Position numbers and translations under genes: made by a program. From Takakia lepidozioides (Eukaryota; Plantae; Bryophyta): a DNA stretch of 64,000 nt. Where the stretch lies: NCBI GenBank assembly GCA_030704615.1, contig CM060733.1, forward strand, positions 9,982,001 to 10,046,000, read 5' to 3'. Below are positions 13,954 through 25,808 of this stretch, one piece after another. Each line of letters begins with the position of its first letter. Positions within the stretch are counted from its first letter, which is position 1. The notes beneath the pieces are model-generated. The model had not been told where the DNA came from, searched no databases, and was given only the letters and a program-made list of their open reading frames with translations.

Positions 13954-14299
13954 ATGGGAATGGGAGACAAGATGGGTTATGCGGATTTAGAGAGTGGCTT
14001 TGGCCACGATTCAGCATTATATCCAGGAATTGGCTCTGATGAAAATGTGCTAAGATGGGGTTTCATTAGGAAAGTGTATGGCATTTTGAGCATCCAATTC
14101 TTGTTGACAACAGCTGTGGCCGCTTTCGTCGTGCTTTCCAGACCCGTCAGCACATTCTTCCAGCAGAGCTCGTTCTTGATTTTGTTCATCGCGATTTTGC
14201 CCATTATCTGTAAGTGATTCCTGCCTGTCTTCCTTATACCGCGTCAATGGGCCCATCCTCGAAAGAGGGCAGTATCCCGGCGTGGGAAGTGGCTCAAAG

Positions 14300-14334
<35 letters not shown>

Positions 14335-16415
14335 ACTCACACACGCACTCACACCAGTGAAATCAATGATAAGTAAGTGCTGTAATGGCTCACTACGACA
14401 AAAGTTGAGGAAGCACTTACAGTCAAGCTGTATGTACTCATTGCAGTGTGCTAATACATTGAATCCAGACCTCCTGAGATTAGCACTGCGACAGTGGGAA
14501 CACAGAGTTTCCCTTACTGCTTGGCTCTTTAACCTCACCACCCAGCACGGGGGGATTGATCGATGAGCCACTAGTTGTATATCCGCCAGATTGAAGAAGC
14601 AAATCACTTCAGAGTGGAGATCTGCTCCTTACTCAACTTCTGGTTTTTCCGTTTCCAATTGTGTTGTACGTGGTGGTTTCAACAGAAGTGCAGTGCTAGT
14701 GGTGAGGTCAAGTCACAGGGTGGGGGAACCTGGGTGTCCCTATCCTACTGTCAATCTCTCTCTGGAGGCCTGGATTCAAGTGTAGGTAGCAGCTAGCCAC
14801 GAGTATGAATTTGTTCTTCATGGATTTCATACTATCAGAAAACCCTATGGGCCAGCATTCTTCTGGGTTTCCTTCCTCTTTCTACTGTTTCTTCTTCTAT
14901 GTGACTTCCCCATGATGTTTTGAACCGGTGTCTTTGTTTCCATCTTTAGCTTGCCTTTGTTTCCATCTTTGAAAGCTATTCCTTGGGTGTGGCTATCTCA
15001 GTAAGTCCTTGAGTTCAGGGTTTGCTTGACTCTCACATTGAAAAATATCAAAAACCCTAGGACGAGCTACAGTGTCATCAGGGTATAGTATATGCAACAT
15101 TCAGTCAATGGTGAATGAGTACATCTTTGTCAGTCTTAAGACTAGGATTTGGGCCAGATGTAAGCAGTGAAGGAGACAAAGCATGCCAACATTAATGAGC
15201 ACTTTCACAGAAGTTTTCCTGAATACTGAAGGTTTAGCTGTGTCTGTCTGTGTGTGTGGGAATGTGTATGCAGTGATGTGCCCACTTTATTACTACCAGC
15301 AAAGCCATCCAATTAATCTGATATTATTGGGCCTATTCACGGTTGCTATAAGCATCACCGTGGGAATCTCGTGCTCTCTCACAGAGGGTATGTTGCTTTG
15401 TTTGATAATCAAAAAGCTGTTCCTAACAGGTCCTATTATATATGTGTATTTATCACTTTTCTTTGTATCTGAGCTGCACAAGCTGCTGGAACATGCTGCT
15501 TTGAAGTCAAGTCTGTGATGGACTAGGCCTCAAGGACGGAGTGACCCGTAGTTTATGACTGTTCCATAATGCTTGACAGCTTTTGGCATTAAATATCAGT
15601 TTTCAGCGCGCTGGATGGTTGCACTTTCAAAAAACTTTTTGCTTATTTATCTTCTTTGTTGTAGTAAATCTTTGCAATTGTGCTGACCATGGCTTTGTGT
15701 ATTGGATGGCAACAGGATGGATAGTGGTGGAAGCCCTACTCTTGACGGCTGTGGTTGTAGTGTCGCTTACTGCCTACACTTACTGGGCTGTGCAGAAGGG
15801 CCAAGATTTCCACTTCTTGGGCCCTATGCTGTTCACGAGCATTATTGTCCTCATCTTGTTTGGCCTTATCCAGGTCTGCTCCTCTATCTTTGCTTGAGCT
15901 ATATTTTCTTTGTTGTATCACCATTTTGAGTTGATGAGTTAACATACATCCCATGGTGTGTGTGCCTACACCGTAGGCAACTGGGGGTTGAAGTCCCCCC
16001 TTACCTTTGTTTAAGTTATTTAACTCAGCCACGGTTGATGCCATCTTTTTTCCCAAAGTTGCAGCTTTTTAGTCTCTGGTTGGATGACGGGTCAAGGAGA
16101 GCTGGACTGGCTCTCTGCTCGATTTCAACCTTGTTTTTCTTTGGATGCTTTGAGAATACGGGAGGAAAACTAACGTGGGGTCGTGGATCATGTGTTGGAC
16201 AGGCATTCTTTCCCATGGGTCCGCTCTCACAGACCATCTATGGTGGGTTCTCTGCACTCATATTTAGTGCCTACATTGTGTATGACACTGACAACCTCAT
16301 CAAGCGCTTTACATATGACCAATTCATATGGGCATCGGTGGCCCTTTATCTTGATGTCATCAACCTCTTCATCTCCTTGCTACAGATTCTCAGGGGTCTC
16401 CAATCTAGCAACTGA
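13954..16415 (+). CDS. Bax inhibitor-1 / LIFEGUARD (TMBIM) family membrane protein, 246 aa; exons 13954-14209, 15274-15387, 15716-15873, 16203-16415
   Basis: Motifs LRWGFIRKVYGILSIQ, HPINLILLGLFT, YIVYDTDNLIKRF and ALYLDVINLF; in-frame GT-AG splicing gives 741 nt. Confidence 0.95.
14300..14345. repeat. (CT)n/(CA)n microsatellite in intron 1 of the LIFEGUARD gene
   Basis: Direct reading of the sequence. Confidence 0.85.
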
Positions 16416-18042
16416 GGCCTGTGTGTGTGTGCATCTAGAGAAAGGGAGAGGGGGGGGCGGCAGCAATGGGAAGACCCCTTTCTCCTTGAAAATAATTGAA
16501 AGCGAAGAGAGAGGAGAGAAGAAAGGAGCCAGTGTTGTCCAATGGTCTAGTTTGTGATGAGGAGGGAGAGAAGAGGAAATGGAATTGTGTTCTTATGTTT
16601 GGGTTGCTATAGTGCCACAAACAACACACATTTAGATTGAGCATGGGAGAGGAAAGTGAGGTGGGGAAGAGGGAGGGAGAGTGTGGAGTAGTACTGGAAG
16701 AGTGACAGATCACTGAGCTGTGGAAGTTGAGAGCAGCATAGAAATGCTCTGTGATGACAGTCTACTTTCATGTAGCGCAGACAGTAGAAATTCAGGCATC
16801 ACATGTAGCAGGGTCATGGGTCTGTCAGGGAAGTTGTATTGGTGAAGACAAAGCCATCTGTTCAAAAGAAGTTGCAAATGCTGTCTAAATTTTCATCTTT
16901 GATGGGTTTGCCCAGCTGGATGCTGGTGATCATTTGTTTGCCTTGTTCTATCATTTTTTCCATGTCAGTTCAGAGTTTACTAGGGTCCCAGATAATCCAC
17001 TGTCCCCAGAAAATATGCGTTTCAATCTATGATATGTCCCAGCACTTGTGGTGCGAATTGCACTGTACCCGCGCAATCCTAGATCGGTGGTGGTATGTTT
17101 GGATGTTGTATGTTTGCACCTTGATAGTCACCTGCACATTATCACTGTTGTGTGTGACCTTTGAGTAGGTGTGCCATGAAAGATAACTGTATTAAATTAG
17201 TATCCATCTGCGCACTAAAGTGAGACATCCCTCTCTCTCAAGCTGAGCCGGGTCCATCACTTCAGACATGATTGTGTTATTATTGATGTATGCATTCTTA
17301 TGACGGTATCATAAATGATGGTATGCCAAAGCAATCGTAAATGATGGTATCATTCCCAAGGGCTACTGCCTTCCAGTGGAGGGTGGACGCCTTGCATTTG
17401 ATTAAAGCATGCCTACATCGATCTTTGGAGAATGGTGAAATGCGGTCAAAATGTTGAATTGGGACCCGCAATTTCTTCCCCATAAACATTCATGACCCAT
17501 CAAGGATTGAAAACGACAGGTCACAGAATTGATGGCAAGAATGAGCTTTGCTGTAGTATATTTTAGTTTTGATAAGTACAGTAGTAATGAGGGTGAGGAG
17601 TGGTGCAATGCGCCGCCATTCACCACCCATCACACCAATCACTTCACAAACAGGATGCTTTGCGGATCTTATATCGTCCACTTGTTCTCTCGTTCCCATT
17701 ACTGACCCCATTACTATCTTCGCGCTTTACTACTGACTGGAGACTCTACCCACACCGCACGAAGACGACGAAGGCATTTCGGTAACCATTTCTCGTTATC
17801 ACGGAGATTGCAAGTTTGCAGAGTGAAGGGGTTTTGAATGGGTACTGTACAGGTGGAAGTGCAAGCTCTGGCGAGGCCATGGTTGCAGCTGTAGACAAAA
17901 AGACTAGAGAAGCTGGTAGAGGACGTAGCAGATTACGTGCGCGTTTCCCAAGAGACCCCGCAACATCTGGAGGTCGAGAAAGGGTTCTTGAACAAGACGG
18001 CTAACATTCTGGCACTCTCAACACAGCCTCAGTGGTACATGT

Positions 18043-18190
18043 AGAGAAACTTCATCCTGCGGTTGGTACATAAGAGAGCTAAGCTGTTAGACAACTTAAC
18101 AGACTACATGCGCTTTTTGGAGGAGACTTCATCCTGCACTTGTATGTAAGAGAGCTAAGCTGTTAGACAATTAAGTAACAGACCACATGC
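18043..18190. repeat. Imperfect ~78-bp tandem duplication
   Basis: ACTTCATCCTGC...TAAGAGAGCTAAGCTGTTAGACAA..TAACAGAC.ACATGC occurs twice. Confidence 0.75.
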
Positions 18191-18213
18191 TCTTCTTGGT
18201 ATACAAGGAGCTT

Positions 18214-18449
18214 TTAGGACTTCCCCTCTATTGGGAAGAGGGTATGTTCCAATTTTTCCCTCCTTAGAGGCCCCTGACAAATGGAAAATAAAAAACCCTT
18301 ACAAAAATCCCTTTGGCACGTTTATCAGAGGGAAACTTGGAGGGAAAGTGCAACATTCCAACCATTAATCCCTTGCTATGAAAAGCTGGAGGGAAAGTTG
18401 AAGGGGGAAACTGTAAGAGGAAAAGATGAGTAGGGGGAAAATGTCCCAA
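18214..18449. mobile_element. Possible small MITE, GGGAAA-rich
   Basis: Imperfect inverted ends TTAGGACTTCCCCTCTA / TAGGGGGAAAATGTCCCAA. Confidence 0.35.
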
Positions 18450-18499
18450 TCCCCCTCTGTTGTGCTTATCAGGGATTTGTTTTGTTTTTTTTTGGTTAA

Positions 18500-19739
18500 C
18501 CCTTAAGTGTCAAAACTCATTTTCACCCTCTCGTGGAAAAACATGAACCTGGCCCACAATTTCTTTTTATCTAGAGAATCTTTGTGTCCCTGTAAAACTG
18601 ACCGTTGGAATTACTTCCCACCTACCCCACCTCCTACCACAAAAAGTTTCACCAAAATCCAACGGCCAGATCTGAAGATTATAAAGTGTGGAGTGGGGAC
18701 AAAAAAAAATCTCCACTAAGAACTAGGTGCCAAAAAAAGCAGTTTTTTGCTCGTATTTGGGCATTTTTAATTTTTTCTGTTTGAGAGTCTCAAGAATGTT
18801 GTTCCATACCTGATAACACACATTCCCATAAAATTTCAGTTTTTTCTGAAATGTTCTCAAGTGGGCTCCTTTGTAGTGACAAATTGGGGGTCAAAATATG
18901 CCATTTTCTTTGGGCAGGCCAAAATCTCTCTTCCTAAAATTATACAAAAAAATTCAGCTGGTCAATCTCTAATCCCTCCGGTTGAAATGACATGGGATTC
19001 CATATGAAGTCCCCGAAAAACTTTGAGGCCAATCAGCCAATGCCACCGTATCCTTAGGTTCCCTGCCCAAGACTTCAAATGGCACACCTATGTTATAGCC
19101 TGCAGGCCTAGGATATTTGGAGCCGTAGCCCAGAAGGGCGCGGGGTTGGGGAGCTCCTCTGGCTACCCGGCCCTGCTTTCATGCCCTGCTTTCATGGGGG
19201 GCCACTCCACCCGCAACCCTATCAAACCCCCAGCCTGGGTTAGGCCCACCCGAGATTTTCTCGAGCCGCGAGCTCTGCCGCCATCGCGGCTGCGCTCCCT
19301 CCAGTCCGCCCTGCAATGAGCCCATCGTGTTGGCTGGAGCTGCCATCTCCATCGATCTCATGTTAGGGTGCAGGCCTGGGTATACCCAGACCTGCGCAGG
19401 CCGCCATACCCACCGGGCAATCAATGGGTTGGGGGAAGCGTGCCGCCCATGCCTTTATGGGGTATCATTCATTCACCCTAACCTGACCGCAGTTGCCATG
19501 CCAGCAACTTGGGCAGGTTAGGGGTGCCAAAATGGCCTCAAAAGCTGAGTTGGCCCCCTTCCAATTGATCGAGATCCCTATCCCTTCAGGCATTGACCAA
19601 TTGGCCAATGCCATATGAAGGGGACCCGATTATCTGTCGATTGAGCCAAAAAAAAGGCCAATCAGCCTTAACGACAGGAAATTATGGCTGGTTAAAGAAA
19701 CCTAACCAAACCAAAACGGGTCGGTTTGACACTTAAGGG
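18500..19739. mobile_element. Non-autonomous piggyBac-type element (1240 bp)
   Basis: TTAA at 18496-18499 and 19740-19743 flank perfect 15-bp TIRs CCCTTAAGTGTCAAA / TTTGACACTTAAGGG; no transposase ORF inside. Confidence 0.85.
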
Positions 19740-19889
19740 TTAACAGGGGGATCGCAGCCCTGGTTAACTTTACTATAAGACGTCCATGGAAGTTCCCCAC
19801 GTGTTTCGCCCCTTCATGGAGGTTATTTTTTCCTCCCTGTTCTAAAAATTCCCATAAATAAATTTCCAGGGCCCATATCCCCTGTTCTG

Positions 19890-19925
<36 letters not shown>

Positions 19926-20847
19926 CCAACCAGGGCCACTGCCCCCTTTTACTGCAAAATATATATATTTTTTGGTGGGACAAGCCTTTATAAATAAAAT
20001 TTATTTTATAAATAAAACCATGAAAATTATTTTAGTATACAGAAATAAATAATTTAAAATATATATATATTTTTTTTGTTTTTTGTTTTTTAAACAGGGG
20101 TCTGGCCCTGGAAACCTTATTGGAATTATTTGAAGGGAAAAAAATTAAAACCCTTAGAGTGCCACAAGGCTGATCGCACGGAGACCGTATTTTTATTTAT
20201 TTATTTATTTATTTTAAATTTTAACAGGGGACCTGACCCTGGTTGGTAACTTTATTGCTGAATTATTGAAGGGAAAAAAATTAAAACCCTTGAGGCTGCC
20301 ATAAGGCATATCGCATGAGAGCCATGCATGATAACTGAAGTTCGTCACTGAGGATTCTTCCCTGATATTCCGTAAGAAGAAGTAGTGCTCTACCGGCGTG
20401 TTGCCTATTAAATTGGCTTTACAAGCCCTAGGGAGGGTGTATGAACCCCTGGAAAAAACTATGTGATAGAAGACATAGACTGAGTCGAACTGCCGACTAA
20501 AGGACTACTAGATAGAGCCAATAAATGTTCTAGTCCAAGTCCAAGCAATGGAACAGCGCATACTGCTCCTGCATGCCAAGAAGAAAAAGCCTAAAAAAGA
20601 GCCTTGCATATGTGCCTGACTAGGGTTAAAATAAGGAGAAAAAGAGATAGATGGGGAAAAGAGAGGGTAGGGTAGGCGCGAAAACGGAACGCTGTGGAGA
20701 TTGTGAAGTGGAACGGGGCGGCCGGTGGAGCTGATCAGGGGAGGAGGAGAGGGTCAGCCGAGCCAGAATGAAACGAAAAGCTATCGATGGAAGTGGAGTT
20801 GTATTGCAGAAGACGAACGGACATGTTTCCAGTTGATATCGGATCTT

Positions 20848-23800
20848 TCAAATTATGGGGAGGCCGAAGAGGAGACCTTTGTGTCCCTCCCAACAGTAGG
20901 GGAGTTTGTCTGCCCATACACAGGAGAGGTCATCAGAGCAGCGACAAAGGATTCCCTCCTTGCCCCAATTGGCGCAGAAGGCAGAGATGAGGGTAGGCAG
21001 ACGCTGAGGTTTCTTGGCAGCTTCTGCACACAGTGAGGCCCACGCTTTTTTAGCAGCAATCAACAGATCAAAGAAAACCAGAGATAAGATTGCTGACACA
21101 GAGGTGTTATCATTGTTGATTGCCCAGGCACATCGACTTTTCCAAATGTTCCAGAGTACCGAGCTTCTGAGAGACTCAAAGACAGGGCAGTCGGTGGCTT
21201 TGGATTTTTGGCTTTTGCAATAGTTAAGTAAGATTGCCATGGATCCAAAGTGCAATGCATCCCAAGAGCTATAGAAGCTTTGCACCATCGGCCAGATGGA
21301 TGTTGGTGCCAGACAGTAGAGAAGGCAGTGTTCCAGTGTTTCTATTATCTGATTTGTTCAGCAGTGACATAGGAGCGCATCTTTGTAGTTCAGAAACTGG
21401 CCCACCTTGAGAACCCTGTTTGCTACTTGCCATAAGAATGCACTGATTTTGGCTAGCTTTGTCTTATCCCAGATGGTTGCCCATATGCCCTTCCAGTTCT
21501 CCTGATTGAAGTTTTCATGAGCCCATCTGCCTTCCCATTTTGAGATAGGAGGGCTAGCTCCGAGCATCGCTCTGTAGCCCATCTTGGCAGTGTATGAGAA
21601 CAGGGGGTGGAGCTCTTCCTGGAAAGCCCATTTCCATTCTGATGGGTCAAGTTGCAATGTAGAAATGCCAGAATTCCCAAATAAGACAAAAGGTCCTTTG
21701 CTAAGCCAAGTAAGGGTGTTATCCCTCTGGGAGCAGTAGGATTGAATACTTTGTCCTGGGAGGTCCAATGGCAAATACGAACCAGGGTGGTATTGAAGGT
21801 AGGGACTGTGACTAGGTCCTGATTGGAGAGACAGAGACATCTTGAAAGGTCATTCGCTGTGAAGCAGAAACCCTTGAACCAATGCTGAGAAACCACGGAG
21901 ACGTAGAAGACCTGCAGAGAGGGAGGATTGTGCATAACCCATTGACCAGGATGAAAATCACCTTGCCCTGCTCTGAGAATCAGTTTCCAGGTGTCTGGGA
22001 TGGAGAGGATGATTTGAGCAATCCCGGATCTAAGGCGGGTGGTCCCTAGAGCTTGCTGTAGCGATTGGGGGGAGCTGACCCATAGATTGTTGACTGTCGA
22101 GATACCCCTAGATTCCCAAGCTACCCATTTCTTTGCTGCTTCTCTTTCCAGAAGAGAGAGGTTCGGTTCATTAAGGAACAAGTGTTGTCTTAGAGTTTCC
22201 TGGAACATGGATGGGTCCTGTTTCCTCAAGAATGGCCTGAGGGAATTCCAGGAGTTCCAGATTGAAGACCAAAGAGGGGAACCTGGAGATTTGTGGTTGA
22301 AGCCTTGCAGCAGCCAGCGATTAGATGCAGGCCAGAGGACTCGTTGCAAGGGTGAGGAGGAGGAAATGGCGGATGAGACCATGAGCTTCCACCAGCCGCC
22401 CTCCGGCTCTATGAATCTGGGAATCCATTTTCCCAAAAGAGCCTTGATTTGCAATTCTGGATCCAAAACACCTAGGCCTCTTATATTCTTTGGAAGACAT
22501 ATTTGGGCCCAGGAAACTTGGGGTCTTTTATTCTGGGTGGAAGACTCCGCCCCCCAGATGAAGTTCCTGATTAATCTTTTGATTTCTTTGATGAGTTTCG
22601 ACCCAGGTCTCCAAGTTGAAGCAAAGTACCAGATCCCTGCCAGCAAGATTTGGTTGGCAACTAATGCCCTACCAGTGATGGATAAGTGACAGGACCCCCA
22701 GTAGGCCAGGTTGCGTTTGAGCTTCAGAATTGTGGGGCCTATTCGCTGCTCTTCAGACAGGTTGATACCAAAAGTGTGCCCCAGTAATGTGGTGGGCTCA
22801 CCTTCTTTAAGCCATTGAAGCCCTAGATGTTGCCCCTAGGAAGGGTTGGCCCCTATGGCAGATTTAGAGATGTCACCAAGAAGCATGGCTTTGGTTTTGG
22901 ACCAGTTAACTCTAAATCCAGAGACACTGCAGAAGTGAGAGAGTGTACTTTCTGCCGCCGATAGGGAAGGATCGTCAGCTTGAAGCAGCAGAAATGTATC
23001 ATCTACAAACATGGAATCCTTAACATGTTTGTGGTGGTTATTTTTTGGGTTCTGCAGGTTGAGGCCTCTCACTTGAGTGTTATTGTCCAGCATGTGACCA
23101 AGGGTATCAGCTACAAAAAGGAAGAGAAAGGGCGCTAGAGGGCACCCCTGTCTGACTGAGCGTTGTAGCATGAAGGGCTTGGACAGATGCCCGTTGATCA
23201 TAACTCTGCTAGTTGCTCCCTGAAGGAGAATCTGAACCCACTGGCGAAAGCCAAGTGGAATGCCTGATTTCTTTAAGACCGCCATGAGAAAAGACCAATC
23301 TACCTTGTCGAAGGCCTTTTCAAAATCCAGGAGCCAGAGGGCTAGTGCCTGGCCAGAATTGCTTGCATAGTGGTTAGCCTCCTGAGCCATGAGGACGTTG
23401 TCTAGGATGTATCTTCCTTTCACATAGCCTGCATGACCAGACCTGATCATTGAAGGGAGAAGGGGCTGAATGCGGAGCGCTAGGGCCTTGGCAATGATCT
23501 TGTAGGCGACATTGAGCAAGGTGATGGGCATGTAGTTGGAAAGGTTAGCTCTGTCACCTTTCTTGAAGAGCAAAGCTATGACCCCCTGAGTCATGGAGTC
23601 AGGCATAAAGCCTTGGGCCTTAATGGCATTGGCCATTTCGCAGAAGTCCTTGGAGATGGTCGACCAGAGAGATTTGAAGAACTCTACTGGCATACCGTCG
23701 ATCCCAGGGGCTTTGTTGTTGTTCAGGGCTTTAAGGGCATCCTCTAATTCTTCAGGGGTAAGACTTGCCTCTAGAACGATCGCTTCCTCTGCCTTCAGAG

Positions 23801-25404
23801 TAGGGATGGTTTGAAGGCAAGCAGCAAGCATGTCTGGGTAGTCATGGTCCTTCAAGTCTGCCTAAAACAGAGAGGAGAAGTGATTGAAAGCAGACGCGCA
23901 CATTTGCATGGGGTTGGAAGAAGTGTTACCAGGGAGATCCGTGTAGAGCTGGGAGATTGACTGAGAGGATCTACGGAGCTTCACTTCTTGGAAGAAGTAT
24001 TTGTTCATTTTTTCACCCTTCGTTGACCAGTTGACCCCTGCCTGCATTTTCATTTTGTTTTCTTGCTCTATGTGGTAGCGGAATGTGCCATAAGCTCCCT
24101 GTCAAAGACGAAGCAAGTGCTGGAAGTGTAGAGAGGGGAATTGCAATGGATGGCTATCAGCAAGCGAGAGTGGACAACAAACCTGGAGGACCAACATTGA
24201 ACAGTTGCCCTGGGTGCCAAGCTTTCAAGTTCCCAGTTGAATGGTTGGACACTGGAGCATGTGTCGAGGAGCCCATAGGTAGTGTTTTTCACTCACAAGT
24301 GATGGACCCGACCCTTTGGAACAAGTTTCCAGATAGCCTGATGGAACTTGTGTTTACAAAGTTGCCAATAGCACCTAGTGGTGCACTAGTGGTGGACTAG
24401 TGATAGACTAGTGTTTAGTGCACATGTGTTGGGTGGTTTTGGACAACGATGTAATTGTGTAGCGATATGTATGCGCACGACAGGCTCACCAGGATCATTG
24501 TCTTTTGGGCCGTTCCGCTTTCGCTTTGTCTTCCCGACCCCATGGTGAGGCCAATCTCAATTCGCTCTCTCAGAAAACAATGGGAGTCTCTAATTTCTCG
24601 CCCCGCTTTTAACAAGTGTTACAGAGCTCATTTCAGATGATTGGACTCCTCAATGAAGTAATGGGTGAAGAGCTAGTTGCACACGATCCTGAGGGCATAT
24701 CGGGTAGCAGGGGAAAAGGAAATAAAGGAGTAGAATCTATCAAGCCTTGCCATGCAAAGATCACTAATATCTCTATTGTTGGTCTAGGTGAAGAAGGGGT
24801 TAGCCCCCAACGGGTAGCTGGGGGGTCCTTCCAATTCTGCCAAGCTGTGAGATTGGATTAGAGACTGCCAGGAGAGGTCTTCTTCAGGGCTTAGGTGAGT
24901 TGCAGTATTCCCCATTCTGTCGGATTCCTTTTCTACCATGTTGAAATCACCCGCCACAATCCATCTGCATATGTCACTGTGATACGCCATCTGGAGGTTT
25001 ATCTTGGCCCAGAGATCCGCTCTGAGAAGAGAATCGTTTGGCGCATAAATGTTGGAAAAACCTATAGGCTCAGTGTCATTAGGGAACCTTAGGGAGCAGA
25101 ATTGTGCTCTCCCTGTCTCCCAGATCTCGTCTTTGATGAGAAATTGGTGGATGGAAGGGGACAGAAGAATCGCGGTCCCTCCTCTAGTTCCTTCAATAGA
25201 GGGCTTCCAGAGAGCCGAAGCTTTAGGCCAAAGCTGATTGGTGAGCTTTAGAATTTTCCTGTCACAGAGTTTGTGTTCTTGGAGAAAGACAATAGCCTGA
25301 GTAGTGATGAGAGGTGCCAGCCAGGCTGAGAGCCTGACTTTTTTGAGGGCCATCTGGTCAGAACCCAGGCCCCTGATGTTCTAGGAAGACATGCTAACCT
25401 GCAT
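20848..25404 (-). pseudogene. LINE ORF2 (AP endonuclease - reverse transcriptase - zf-RVT) with stops and frameshifts, interrupted at ~24068-24620
   Basis: S*NIRGL, FLQEHK, NIYAPN and AGDFNM (endonuclease); KAPGIDG, LDFEKAFDKV, VRQGCPLAP and MFVDD (RT). In-frame stops at 25381, 23862 and 22836. Confidence 0.92.
24083..24630 (+). pseudogene. F-box domain gene fragment lying antisense inside LINE ORF2, itself split by a 180-bp insert
   Basis: MDPTLWNKFPDSLMELVFTKLPI joins SIRSLRKQWESLISRPAF once 24370-24549, flanked by a GCCAAT direct repeat, is removed. Confidence 0.65.
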
Positions 25405-25808
25405 CGCGGGATGGAGACACGCTGAGGGGATGAGACTCAATTGATGGCCTAGGTGAAGCGAAGAATCGAAATTTAGTACGTTTGTCTGTTGGCTTTGGGG
25501 AGGGACACCAGTGGAGCCCTGGGGGTTCCACACGGATGGGGTCCTTGAGGTGGACGAATATGACTTGGGTGCTTGGCGGACAGGGTAGAGGGTTGCATGC
25601 GTCGTCAAGAGAGATAAATCTGTTGGAATCTTGAAGGGATGTTTTAATGGATACTATGGTGGGCTGGGGGTTGATAGGCAAATTTAGAAGTTTGGAGAGG
25701 TGATAAGGAGGCAATGGGTAAGCGGATGAGGGCAGCAATTTCCACTTGTTGCCTCCAGGGGTAGAGGGGAGTGATTCAGGCGAGAGACATATGATACTGC
25801 ATACCTTG

